Shown here in pieces: positions 24,173 through 34,610 of a stretch of 60,000 bases of DNA. Each line of letters opens with the position of its first letter. Position 1 is the stretch's first letter. The stretch covers positions 8,310,001 to 8,370,000 of the forward strand of contig CM075989.1 in NCBI GenBank assembly GCA_038087875.1. The letters are read 5' to 3'. The position numbers and the translations under genes are program-made. The notes under the pieces are model-generated. The model did no database searches and was not told the DNA's origin. It worked only from the letters and a program-made list of their open reading frames with translations. The stretch is from Malacoraja senta (taxonomy: Eukaryota).

Positions 24173-26151
24173 GGTGCCTGTGGAAAAAATCCCCACATAC
24201 CCACAGCAAACGGACGCGGAAACTTACGTTTCCACTAGAGGAGCGCTGCTCCTCACGTCCGTTCGTGCCAATGCGTCTGACGTAATGACGCGCAGGCGCC
24301 CTGACGGGTCTTCTTCACGTAGTCACTCACGTGACTCCGAAGTAAAATGGATGATATAACATGTGAGTGGAATAACATAGATGTAGTGTGAACCGGCGAT
24401 AGATAGGTGGGCTCAATGGGCCGAAGTACTTGCCATATCTCTAAAACCAAAACTAAATACCAAATACAAAACTAAATGAAGAGCAATTCTGGATGGATCA
24501 GAAGACATTAGAAGAATGATACCATGAGCTATCTCTCCCACCGAATTGTCAAACCTCTCAAGATTCTTGGGGAAATTCTTTACCTCTGATTGAAGAAATG
24601 TTTTTTTTTATTTTTTAAAGCTGGCATTAAATATTCTAAGCTGGAAACTGGTGCGGGTGTCATCGGGAACGGGTCTTCAGTGAAGTTCACCAGAATGGGG
24701 AAGAAGAGTCAAGTGCCAATGGCAACAGCAAGATCATTTACTGACTCGAATTTACCACAGTGTACCATCAGAGGCCTGTCCCAGTGTTATCTGTGTGAGC
24801 ACCTGTCACTGTACTTAACTGGAACGGGAAAGAGAGGATATCGTGAGCCCAAACCGAAGCAACGGAATGAATCAATTATCAAGAGACACAAGTCAATTCC
24901 ATGTTTATTCCTGATCTAGATTCAGTCTGACAGCGTGGGCCCCCAGTTCCTGCACACTTCAACATGATTTCACAGCAAATAGCAAGGTCGATGTAACTGA
25001 TCGCATCTCACTATCCCTGCCCCGTTAGTTAATTAATTAACAGCAACTAATATCTCTCCACCATCAAATCCCACTCTGATTTCATAAGCTGTCAAGACCT
25101 GGGTAGAATTACTTCCAACGTGTTCCTAATTCACAAAGACACTTCTCACTTGAGAACTTAGGGGAGGAAGGAGAAAAAAAAACTCCACTGACATTTTCAT
25201 TTAACATCATTGTTTCTCGACACTCGATATAATGTGCAGCGTTTAAAAGCCTTTACCACGAGGAGCAGAGCGAGTATTATTGTGCAGGATCAATACTTTT
25301 CATTGCGCCATGTCTCCGATGAATCTGATTGACATTCTCGTAAACCTTAAACCAACGTTTCCTACAGACTTTCTTGTTTAACGCCCCCTTTTAACATAAA
25401 GCTCGGGCTCTTTACCATATTCCACCCTTCACTGCTCGCCACATTACTGTGCTAAACAGGTGCCGGCGATGGGATTTAAACCCAACCGTGACATCAAGGA
25501 AAGCTGTAACAAGCTCCAGGAGAAGGGGGAAAAAACGTTGATTTTATTAGCAGGATTTGATGCGTTTGATTGAAGGCAATTTTAACATCTTTTCCGAGTT
25601 CAATTCCACTTGTGTGTCTAAAGGAGCCAGTCGTTTCACCCGTTATAACCTGTCATTTGTTCTCAGTGATTGGTTAGTTAAGTGAAATTCCATGAGCATA
25701 TGGAACACATTTGCCCGGAGCTCTGCAATAATAGATATCTCCAGTCGTCATTACGAGGATCTGCTAATAGCTTTCTTGCTCCTTCTCACGCTCCAATCCT
25801 CTTCATATCCTCTTCCACTACAATTATAATTTAATGAGACTTGGACTCGTCCTTCAATGGGAAAAAAAAGCAGCGCTTCTTTGAATAATTTACTTAACAT
25901 CACTTACAGCAGCATCTGATAAGTTAAAGGGGTGAGAGAGAGAAGGACAGTTGACTCTGCCTCTCTCAGTAGAAAAGGCTTCATTAATTTTTCATTGCCG
26001 GGGCCGGCCGGGATGAATGCCGTCTGGTAAACATCATATCAGCAGTGACCTTGCTTCCGTACACATTCCTCCCTCCGAGAGCTGCCTGCCATCTGTTTGC
26101 TATGAGTCTATCTGCAGCACCCTTGTCAGGAACGGGAGGGGGAGTTAAAGA

Positions 26152-26227
26152 CCCCCTACCCCCTACCCCCTACCCCCTACCCCCTACCCCCTACCCCCTA
26201 CCCCCTACCCCCTACCCCCTACCCCCT
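26152..26227. repeat. (CCCCCTA)n 7-bp tandem repeat, about 10 units
   Basis: Direct reading. Confidence 0.95.
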
Positions 26228-27734
26228 CCCTCTCCCTCTCTCCCTCGCAACGCTTTTAGAAAGAGCAGGTTTGAGATTATTGTGTAGCCACTTGGCTGGG
26301 TCTGCATCAGCAATCAATTAGCTCGGAGCCCATTAAAGCCTGTGTTCAATCAAACAGCTGGCACACACAAAACATCGGGACGAGCACTTTCATGGAGTTA
26401 ATTATTAATAGTCCCCCCTCCCCTCCCCCAATACAACTTACTATATTTAGTCATCAAGGATGTACATTATTTGTTGTGCTGTTGCAAGTAAAACAATCAT
26501 TGTTCTCTCTGGGACATATGACAATGAAACACTCTTGACTGCTCTTGTAACGTCAAGGCCCTTGTAGCTCCACAAGGCCTCTCCAAAGTGAAAAGTAGTA
26601 GGTGTGGTTATGGATACCATCCAAACGTCCTGCTGCCTCGATTGCATCATGTCAGGGGCGAAAGCGCACACTATTTGTAACAGCTGGAGCAACGTTTTAA
26701 CAGAAGCTTACACGAATTGATGCTGTTTTCATAGTCCTGCAACATCAAGTTGAATTGTTTTGTAACGACAATGCAGATAGACAGTTTGACCCAAGAAGCC
26801 AGCTGGTACTTATCATTCATGCATTGTACCAGTCCTTCTGCATGGGTGACCACACACACACTCCCCATACTCCTTTTATTCCCCTTCTTTCTTGAACCAT
26901 GTTTAAATATGGACATGGTCTCTGCTTCAATCACTAATTCCAACAGCACTTTCCCAGTCTTGCAACCTTTTCTGTGAAACAGCAGTCTTGTCTGCTCTCA
27001 GATTTAAATCCCCTTACGTTTAACCTTCTAACTGAGTCTCCTTGTACTATATCACTCAATGACTGCAGGCTCATTCTTTCTCTCTGTCCTTGTTGAAAGT
27101 GTTCTGCGAACCTATGCTAAATTGAACTTTAAGGCTGTAACTTACCATTCATGTTAGCAGGAAGTGAACAGCCTCATTTCTGGTTGACCTTTTTTGAAGA
27201 TTGACAAATGAACTCATTTAAAACAGGCCGACAATTGTTTTACGGCAACACAGTAACATCAGATCACATCAAACATTTCCTCCTTCTTATTTGCTGCTGG
27301 TGTTTCAGTGAAGTGTTATACAAACATCCTTATCAAACAGTGTGTTTATTCTAAAGGCGAGCAACTGCAGAAGCTGAGGATGTAACATTAAAAAGAAAAT
27401 GTTAGAAATCGTCAGCAGATCAGGCTGAAGAAGGGTCTCGACTCGAAACGTCACCCATTCCTTCACTCCAGAGATGCTGCCTGTCCCACTGAGTCACTCC
27501 AGCAATTTGTGTCTATCTTTGGTCAGGCGTCAACTTTAGAGAGAGAAACAGAGGCCGCATTTTAGATTACTGATGTTTGTTAAGGCTTACTATTGTGGCA
27601 TGTACCAAGGTACAGCGAAAAACTTTGTTTTGCCTTCTATCCAGAGAGATATCACACATTCAGCTCAAACTCGTTTGAACCACTATCTTACTGCAGAATA
27701 TAATTGTCACGCATTGTAGCTCATCAGTTTTAGT

Positions 27735-28030
27735 ATTTCATTTTAGTTTTTTAAAATACAGCATGGAGCCAGGCCCTTCGGTCCACCAAGTCCACGCCAA
27801 CCAATGATCAACTGCACAATAGTTCTATCCTACACACTAGGGACATTTTACAGAAGCAAGTAACCTTCAAACCTGTACATCTTTGGAGTGGGGCAGGTAA
27901 CCGGAGAACCTGGAGAAAACTCACGCAGTCATAGGGAAAATGTACAAACTCCGTACAGACAGCACCGTTTGTCAGGATCGAGGCCGGGTCTCTGGCGCTG
28001 AAAGACAGCAACTCTACCGCTGCGCCACCA
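27735..28030 (-). mobile_element. V-type (HE1-like) SINE, minus strand
   Basis: Reverse complement of the same family (ctctggcgctg...agcaactctaccgctgcgccacc). Confidence 0.85.
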
Positions 28031-28294
28031 TGCTGCAGATGAATCCATAGGTGAATTCCAATGTCCTCAATGGGGTAGAGGTGAATCAGCCAGTACCCTA
28101 GCTTATGGATGGTCCATTCAGAAGCCTGATTACAGGGGTAACAACCTATTCTAGTCTGGTGGTGCGTGCTTTCAAGCTTCTGTGTCTGTATGCCGGACAA
28201 CACAGCACATTCTGACAGAGATAGCCAGAGTGGGACAAGTCTTTGATCCATTGCCTACTCTTTTCACGGATGCAACAATGTTGATTCAAAGTTG

Positions 28295-28596
28295 GGCAGC
28301 ACGGTGGCGCAGTGCTAGAGTTGCTGCCTTACAGCGCCAGAGACCCAGGATCGATACTGACTAAGGGTGCTGTCTGTACGGAGTTTGTTCGTTCTCCCTG
28401 TGACCTGCGTGGGTTTTCTCTGGTTTCCTCCCACACTTCAAAGACGTGCAGATTTGTAGGTTAATTGGCTTTGGTAAAATTGTAAATTGTCCCTAATGTG
28501 TGTAGGATAGTGTTAGTGTGCGGGGATCGCTGGTTGGCGTGGACTCGGTGGGCCGAAGGGCCTGTTTCTACGCTGTATCTCTAAACTAAACTAAAC
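28295..28596 (+). mobile_element. V-type (HE1-like) SINE
   Basis: gggcagcacggtggcgcag head, V core, (CTAAA)n tail. Confidence 0.85.
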
Positions 28597-28947
28597 TTCA
28601 TTGCTCAGTGTAAGTACTTTCAAGAATTGTATTCTCAGTTATCCATTAAAACAATTCCTGAGGGGGGGGGGGGTCTAAATTCATGATGTGAATTGAGGTA
28701 TATGCCATACGGGAATGGGAAACTATATAGGTAACAGGACATCTTAGATCTAGTATTGTGTAATGAGGAATAATTAATTGACATCAATTTGCGAAAGGAT
28801 CATTTGGGGAAGAGTAATCATAATATGATAAAGGATCTTTTGGGGAAGAGTAATCATAATATGATAGCATTTTGTTTCAAGTTTGAGAAAGGTGTGCTTG
28901 TCAAATGCAAACCATGCTCTTAAGAAAATGAGGAATGAGTTGACAAA

Positions 28948-29287
28948 ATGCAGGAAAAATGTTCCCCATGTTGGGGGAGTCCAGAACCAGGGGTCACAGT
29001 TTAAGAATAAGGGGTAGGCCATTTACAACTGAGATGAGAAAAAACTTTTTCACCCAGTGAGTTGTGAATCTGTGGAATTCTCTGCTTCAGAAGGCAGTGG
29101 AGGCCAATTCTCTGGATGCTTTCAAGAGAGAGTTAGATAGAGCTCTTAAAGACAGCGGAGTCAGGGGATATGGTGAGAAGGCAGGAACGGGGTACTGAAT
29201 GTGGATGATCAGCCATGATCACAGTGAATGGCGGTGCTGGCTCGAAGGGCTGAATGGCCTACTCCTGCACCTATTGTCTATTGTCAT
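28948..29287 (+). mobile_element. HER1/CR1 LINE 3' end
   Basis: Encodes SRTRGHSLRIRG...VVNLWNSL; 3' UTR and ctattgt tail. Confidence 0.85.
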
Positions 29288-29448
29288 TGATGACGAGGAT
29301 CAGTGTGATCCCCACATAGCAAAATCTCAGCTATACCAGCAATAAGAATGCAAGAGCAAGTCAGAATGTGGGTGCCTTGCTGTGAATGGCTCACATATTT
29401 AGTTTGGCTTAGTTTATTCTCTTGTAGTAGTTGGCCCCCCTCAGTCAT

Positions 29449-29812
29449 GACTGATGATGGGTGATGCATCCTAGTTTGCAGGTGATGTGTGATCGGATGC
29501 AAGCCTGGGCGATGTCATATGGAGGACAGGCTGTTGCCCATGCAGCACGACCCCCCCTCTCCACGTCGCTGATTGATCCAAAGGAACAGCAGGGCCGTTA
29601 CAGTTTGGCACCAGCTCCGTCGCAGGAGCTGCCAGAGCGAGGTTGTAGACAACGACGAACTACCTTAGGGGCTCCGACTCCGTATTTTCTTGTGGTTTAC
29701 TCCTGTAACCTTTTCCATGACTGGATATGGCCACAAGGCAGTGGAGGTTTTAAATCAGAGTTTTCCCTCTCCTAGATGGACTGCCTTCCCAGGCTGACGA
29801 GCCCCATCTGCC
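29449..29812 (-). mobile_element. RTE-derived short non-autonomous element
   Basis: Minus strand GGCAGATGGGGCTCGTCAGCCTGGGAAGGCAGTCCATCTAGGAGAGGGAAAACTCTGATTTAAAACC resembles RTE 5' UTRs (recognised from memory); ends in (ATC)n-like tail. Confidence 0.6.
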
Positions 29813-29814
29813 AG

Positions 29815-30132
29815 AATGTGTACAGTGAAAAACTATTGTTGCATGCTAACCAGGCAGCCGAAAGACAATACATGATTACAATCGATCCATCCACAGTGTA
29901 CAGATACATGATAAAGGGAATAACATTCAGTGCAATATAAAGTCCAGTAAAGTCAGATCAACAATAGTCCGAAGTTCTCCATTGACGTAGATAGTAGCTC
30001 AGGATTGCTCTCTAGTTGTCGGTAGGATGGTTCAGTTGCCTGATACTGGCTAGGAAGAAATTGTCCCTGAATCGGGAGGTGTGTGTTTTCACACTATTGC
30101 ACCTTTTGCCTGACGGGAGAGGGGAGAAGGGG
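29815..30132 (-). mobile_element. Rex1/Babar-type 3' fragment, probably continuing at ~30860-30925
   Basis: Reverse complement of the family at 6900-7250. Confidence 0.7.
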
Positions 30133-30138
30133 TTTAAT

Positions 30139-30859
30139 TTGTACCCACTTTGGATTTCTTTGGCAGTTCAATAATCTAAGTGATGAAGATCTGCTTTCAA
30201 CAATTGAACAATTTCAGCAACAGTATCACAAAGAGGTCTCAAACGATCTTGGAGATGAGGTGCTATTTCTTAAACAAATATATTCAGTAAATTTAAATTG
30301 GATGGCAAGCCAAAGGAATTGCTGCAGGAGATTCTAACTTTGGGATTGGCTGGGTTATTTCCAAATATTATGATTGCATTGAGATTTTTAATAAATTTAC
30401 CAGCATCTGTGGCTCCAGGGGAAAGGAGATTCAACGTGTTGAAGCAGGTGAAGAATCACCATCATTCAACTATGGGACAAGAACGTTTGAATGGACTTGC
30501 CATGTTGAATGTTAATTGTGATATTGCACGGCAACTAAACTTTACATCTCTAATCAATGATAATCTGTAAAACGAAAACTTGTAATAAAAAAGTATTTGT
30601 AATAATCATAACTGTTATATATTTTGAAGAAAAAGTGTTAAATTTGTCGAAAATTGAAATGAGAGAAAAAACTAAAAATTCTAATATTTGAACTACCTAG
30701 ATATTAAATATTCCAATTACATAAGAATGGGCAAAAAAACAATAATTAGTCTTCTAAGTTGTGAATGTGAAAAAAATGCACTCATATTTGCTTGATCTTG
30801 GTTTGGGGGCCTCTAAAATTGAAATTGGCCTGGGCCTCAGTTCAACTACGAGGGCCTTG
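30139..30859 (+). mobile_element. hAT transposon 3' fragment (ZMYM1/Tip100-like dimerisation domain)
   Basis: FPNIMIALRFLINLPASVAPGERRFNVLKQVKN..STMGQERLNGLAML; GC-rich end ...gagggccttg resembling a TIR. Confidence 0.75.
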
Positions 30860-31289
30860 CTGAGGCAGCGTGAGATGTAAATGGAGTCAATGGAAGTGAG
30901 GTTGGTTTGTGTGATGGGCAAACTTGCCCATGGGTACTCTTGCCAGCCGAGGCACACGGGAAAAAGCATTTATGTTGCAACGCCATCCTGATGTGGAAAT
31001 ATATTGCGGGGCCATCATTATTGTTGAGCCTAAACTCTGGAACAAGCTGCCTGCGATCACCTTGGCCCAGTAGTTCCAGAAAATGGCTCACCGCCACCCT
31101 CTCAGGGACATTCATTCATTGGTAATAGAAAATTGGCCTTGCTGTGATGCCCCATCCCGAAAAATTAAAGATATTGAAAATTAATATCTCCACCAGAATA
31201 TGGCACTGGCATGGCTAGAGAAGTTTGGCAAGAAAAACAGCGTCTGAAAATTGGGAAGTTTTTAAGAATCACAAAGTGTGAGTCAGGAA

Positions 31290-31429
31290 CTTCTTCTTCT
31301 TCTTGCGTATGGCGTGCACAGCCTAAAGATGTAGATCAACTTGTTCTATTTGATCTTGCTTGTGCACGTCGGGTTGATTGCATTAGTCGAAACAGGGTGG
31401 ACCACGTGAAGGTTGCAATCTCCCACCCC
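31290..31429 (-). mobile_element. 140-bp ribozyme-headed non-autonomous retroposon
   Basis: 9-bp TSD agtcaggaa (31281-31289, 31430-31438); starts GGGG; ends ACGC(AAG)5. Confidence 0.85.
31376..31429 (-). ncRNA. Minimal HDV/CPEB3-like self-cleaving ribozyme (predicted)
   Basis: GGGGUGG-GA-GAUUGCA-ACC-UUCACGU-GGU-CCACCCU-GU-UUCGA-CUAA-UGCAAUC: P1 7 bp with G1.U, P2 7 bp, P3 3 bp, 7-nt L3, J4/2 CUAA. Confidence 0.85.
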
Positions 31430-32507
31430 AGTCAGGAATTGATAGATATAGAAAAGAGGAATGTAGCACAAAATATTTTTTTAAAGGGATTGTAAAAAAA
31501 CAATGTTGCAATGGGTAAAGACAAGATATCAATGTAAACAAATATGGTATCATAGAGGTGAGGGGATGTATTTATAAAGAGGATTGAGGAAACAGCAGAG
31601 CTATTAAATAAATATTTCCGTCTACCTTCATATTTGAGACTATATAGAATATTGCAAGCATGCAAGAGTCTTGGAATGTTCAGCAATTCAAATTAGGAAA
31701 GAAAATCGACTGGAAAAATAAATGGGATTAAAAGTAATCAATACCCCTGAATGTCTCTACCATGGGATTTTAAAAGAAGCAACTGCAAGGATGCGGTGGC
31801 GTTAATCCACCTGGATTCTATAATGGTCCCCGTGGATTAAAAATTAACAAACGTAACCTCAGTCTTCTTGAAAGAAAGAAGGAAGTAAACGGAAGAGTAT
31901 AGGTCTGTTATTCCAACATTATTACTAGAGAATTTGTAATAATATATTATTAAAAATGTGGTGAATATTCGATATGGAAATTCATAATTCGATTAGGCCG
32001 AGTCAACATGGCCACAGGGAAGGGAAGTCATGATCGACACATCTATTAGTATTTTTGAGAGTGCATTTGCAAGTTTGAGTAAAGAGAACCAGTGGATACA
32101 GTTTAGTTAGGTTTTTCAGAAGGTTCTTTATAAAGTGCACATGGGAGGTTGTCATGGCCTTGACAGAATGTTGTCTAGGACATGCTACATGCAGGCATGG
32201 ACTGTTTCAGTTGCGACTGAGTTATGAATCCTGAGATCTTAAAATAGAAGAGCAGAATCAGGCCACTGGGCCCATTGTGTCTGCTCCAAAATTCGATCAT
32301 GGAATGGAATTGAATATTGTGCAATCATCAGTGGACGTCTACTTCTGTCCTTATGATGGCGGTAAAAGTTAAAGATATAACAGCTCAATGTGGTTGGACT
32401 TGCAACACTGCACTGAGGAACTCCTGGGGTTCAGGTGATTAACCTTCAACAACCTCAACCACCTTAATTAGTTTACGGCACAACAGTCATTGGAGTTTTT
32501 CCCCTTT

Positions 32508-32714
32508 CTTCTTCTTGCGTTTGAAGCAGCAGAAGTCTGTAGCAGGGTGATGCCATCCGGTTCGACATCCGTAGGTGCCCGCCCTAAAAAGGGCGCATGC
32601 TCCAGGTTGGCTCCAAGCTGCGGAGCTGCTGCTACTGTCTCTGTTTGTTGTCGTTCGCCTGACTGAGGTGAGTTGACAGGGCTCACCACGGGGATGTCGA
32701 CAACATGAGCCCCG
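32508..32714 (-). mobile_element. 207-bp ribozyme-headed non-autonomous retroposon (second family)
   Basis: 10-bp TSD tttccccttt (32498-32507, 32715-32724); ends ACGC(AAG)3. Confidence 0.8.
32646..32713 (-). ncRNA. HDV-like ribozyme (predicted, slightly decayed)
   Basis: GGGGCUC-A-UGUUGUCG-ACA-UCCCCGU-GGU-GAGCCCU-GU-(18 nt P4 region)-CGAA-CGACAACA: perfect P1 with G1.U, 8-bp P2, one mismatch in P3. Confidence 0.78.
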
Positions 32715-33183
32715 TTTCCCCTTTGAAACTCCTTGACTCATTTTAACAAGGATGTTGATTAAATGCTGTCAACACTCAGCGTCGGCACTCCCACCTCACT
32801 GCGGAACTCTGCTTTTTGGACCATAAGGTGCAATGAGACATAGAGCTAAGTGGTTCTGACAAAGCCCACACTGGCCATTGGTGAGAAGATTGTTAAGGAG
32901 GAAGTACCACTTGATGACGATGTCAACAATGGCTTCCATCAAGTTGCTGATGATTGAGAGGAGACTGTGTAGCAATTAACTGAAATAGATGTCTGGCTTT
33001 TTGTGAGTTGGACATATCTGAGAAATGTTGCTCATTCTTGGGTAGATGCTACTGTAGTAACATTCTGAAACAGCCGAGCTAGAGTTGCAGCTTGTTCTCA
33101 AATGCAGATCTTGAGCAATATATCTGGAATATTTTACAGTTCCATACCTTTTCTGTTCTATGTTCAAGAGGCAGAAAGGGTTA

Positions 33184-33588
33184 AGGGCCTGTCCCACTTG
33201 ACGAGGTAATTCACGAATTCTCCCGAGTTATTCACGAATTCTCCCGAGTTTTCCCCTTGATTCAAACTCACAGAATGTCCGTAGCGAGTCCGTAGGAGTT
33301 CGTAGATATTTCGTAGTGGCTCGTTATGCCAGCCGTAGGTACTCGGGGCATCAGGTAAGTCGGGACGTTTTTTCCAGCCTGATAAAAAATGTCCACGAGT
33401 AAAAAAATAGTCAGGAGGATGCCCCGAGTACCTACGGCTGGTTTACGATATATTTACGGACTCCTATGGCCTCCTACAGACGGATGTTATGGACATTCTG
33501 CGAGTTTGAATCACGGGGGAAAACTCTGGAGAATTCATGAATAACTCGGGAGAATGCGTGAATTACCTCGTAAAGTGGGACAGGCCCT
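33184..33588. mobile_element. PIF/Harbinger-type palindromic MITE
   Basis: Termini AGGGCCTGTCCCACTT...AAGTGGGACAGGCCCT, long imperfect inverted arms, TTA TSD at 33181-33183 and 33589-33591. Confidence 0.85.
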
Positions 33589-34099
33589 TTAGATTAAGCA
33601 GACACCAGGTTCAGCACGGAGATTGTGGGCTGAAGGACCCGTTCTTGTGCTGCACTGTTCTATGTACTCAGTTTTCACACATACCAAACCAAATTTTCTG
33701 AATGCAGACCTCTGTAATTGAGTCAAGGGGCTTCAAAGGGAAAATACTTTTGGAGTCATGCCTTGCACGAATGAAGATGGTTGTGGTTGTTGAAGGTTAA
33801 GCACCTCAACCCCAGGAGTTCCTCAGTGTGGCGTTGAAAGTCCAACCACATTTTGTTCAAGAGGATGTCAGGAGGACGCCAGGATGGATCATCTACTTTG
33901 TAGGAAGGAACTGCAGATGCTGGTTTAAATCTAAGATAGACACAAAAAGCTGGAGTAACTCAGCGGGACAGGCAGCACGTTTCGGGGATGAGTCTGAAGA
34001 AGGGCCTCGACCAGAAATGTCACCCATTCCTTCTCTCCAGAGATGCTGCCTGTGCCGCTGAGTTACTCCAGCTTTTTGTGTCTATCTTTGGATCATAAC

Positions 34100-34610
34100 A
34101 TTTACGAGGCTGTTGCCAGGATTCGAGGGCCTGAGCTACAGGGAGCGGATGGGGAGGCTACGATTTTATTCCTTGGAACGCAGGAGGCTGAGGGGTGATC
34201 TTATAGAGGTGTACAAGATCATGAGGAAAATAGACAAGATCAATACACAGAGTATTTTTTCCCAAGGTTAGGGGAATAAAAAAAAGAGGACATAGGTTTA
34301 AGGTGAGAGGGGTAAGATTTAATAGGACACAAGGAGAAACATTTTCACTCAGAGGATGGTGCGTATATGAAACGAGCTGCCGGAGGAGGTAGTTGAGGAA
34401 GGTACTATAACAACATTTAAAAGACACTTGAACAGGTACATGATTAGGAAGAAATTAGAGGAATATGGATCAATAGACAATAGACAATAGACAATAAGTG
34501 CAGGAGTAGGCCATTCAGCCCTTCAAATGGAACTAGCTTAGATGGGGCATCCAGGACGGCATGGAAGAGTTGGACTGAAGGGCCTGTTTCAATGCTATAT
34601 GACTCTATGA
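34100..34610 (+). mobile_element. CR1-type LINE 3' fragment with nested HER1 tail
   Basis: RRLRGDLIEVYKIM and RGHRFKVRG motifs plus 3' UTR. Confidence 0.8.

Larger units (their letters stand above)
20050..24348 (-). mobile_element. DIRS-type tyrosine-recombinase retrotransposon, frameshifted, 3' terminus missing
   Basis: Order gag-like, RT, RNase H, methylase-like, YR on minus strand; putative 5' terminus ATTTTACTTCGGAGTCACGTGAGTGACTACGTG; no copy of this terminus found after the YR stop. Confidence 0.92.

Noticed and set aside
24590..24919. 109-aa ORF after a T-rich acceptor-like site
   Set aside because: No recognisable domain or clear donor.
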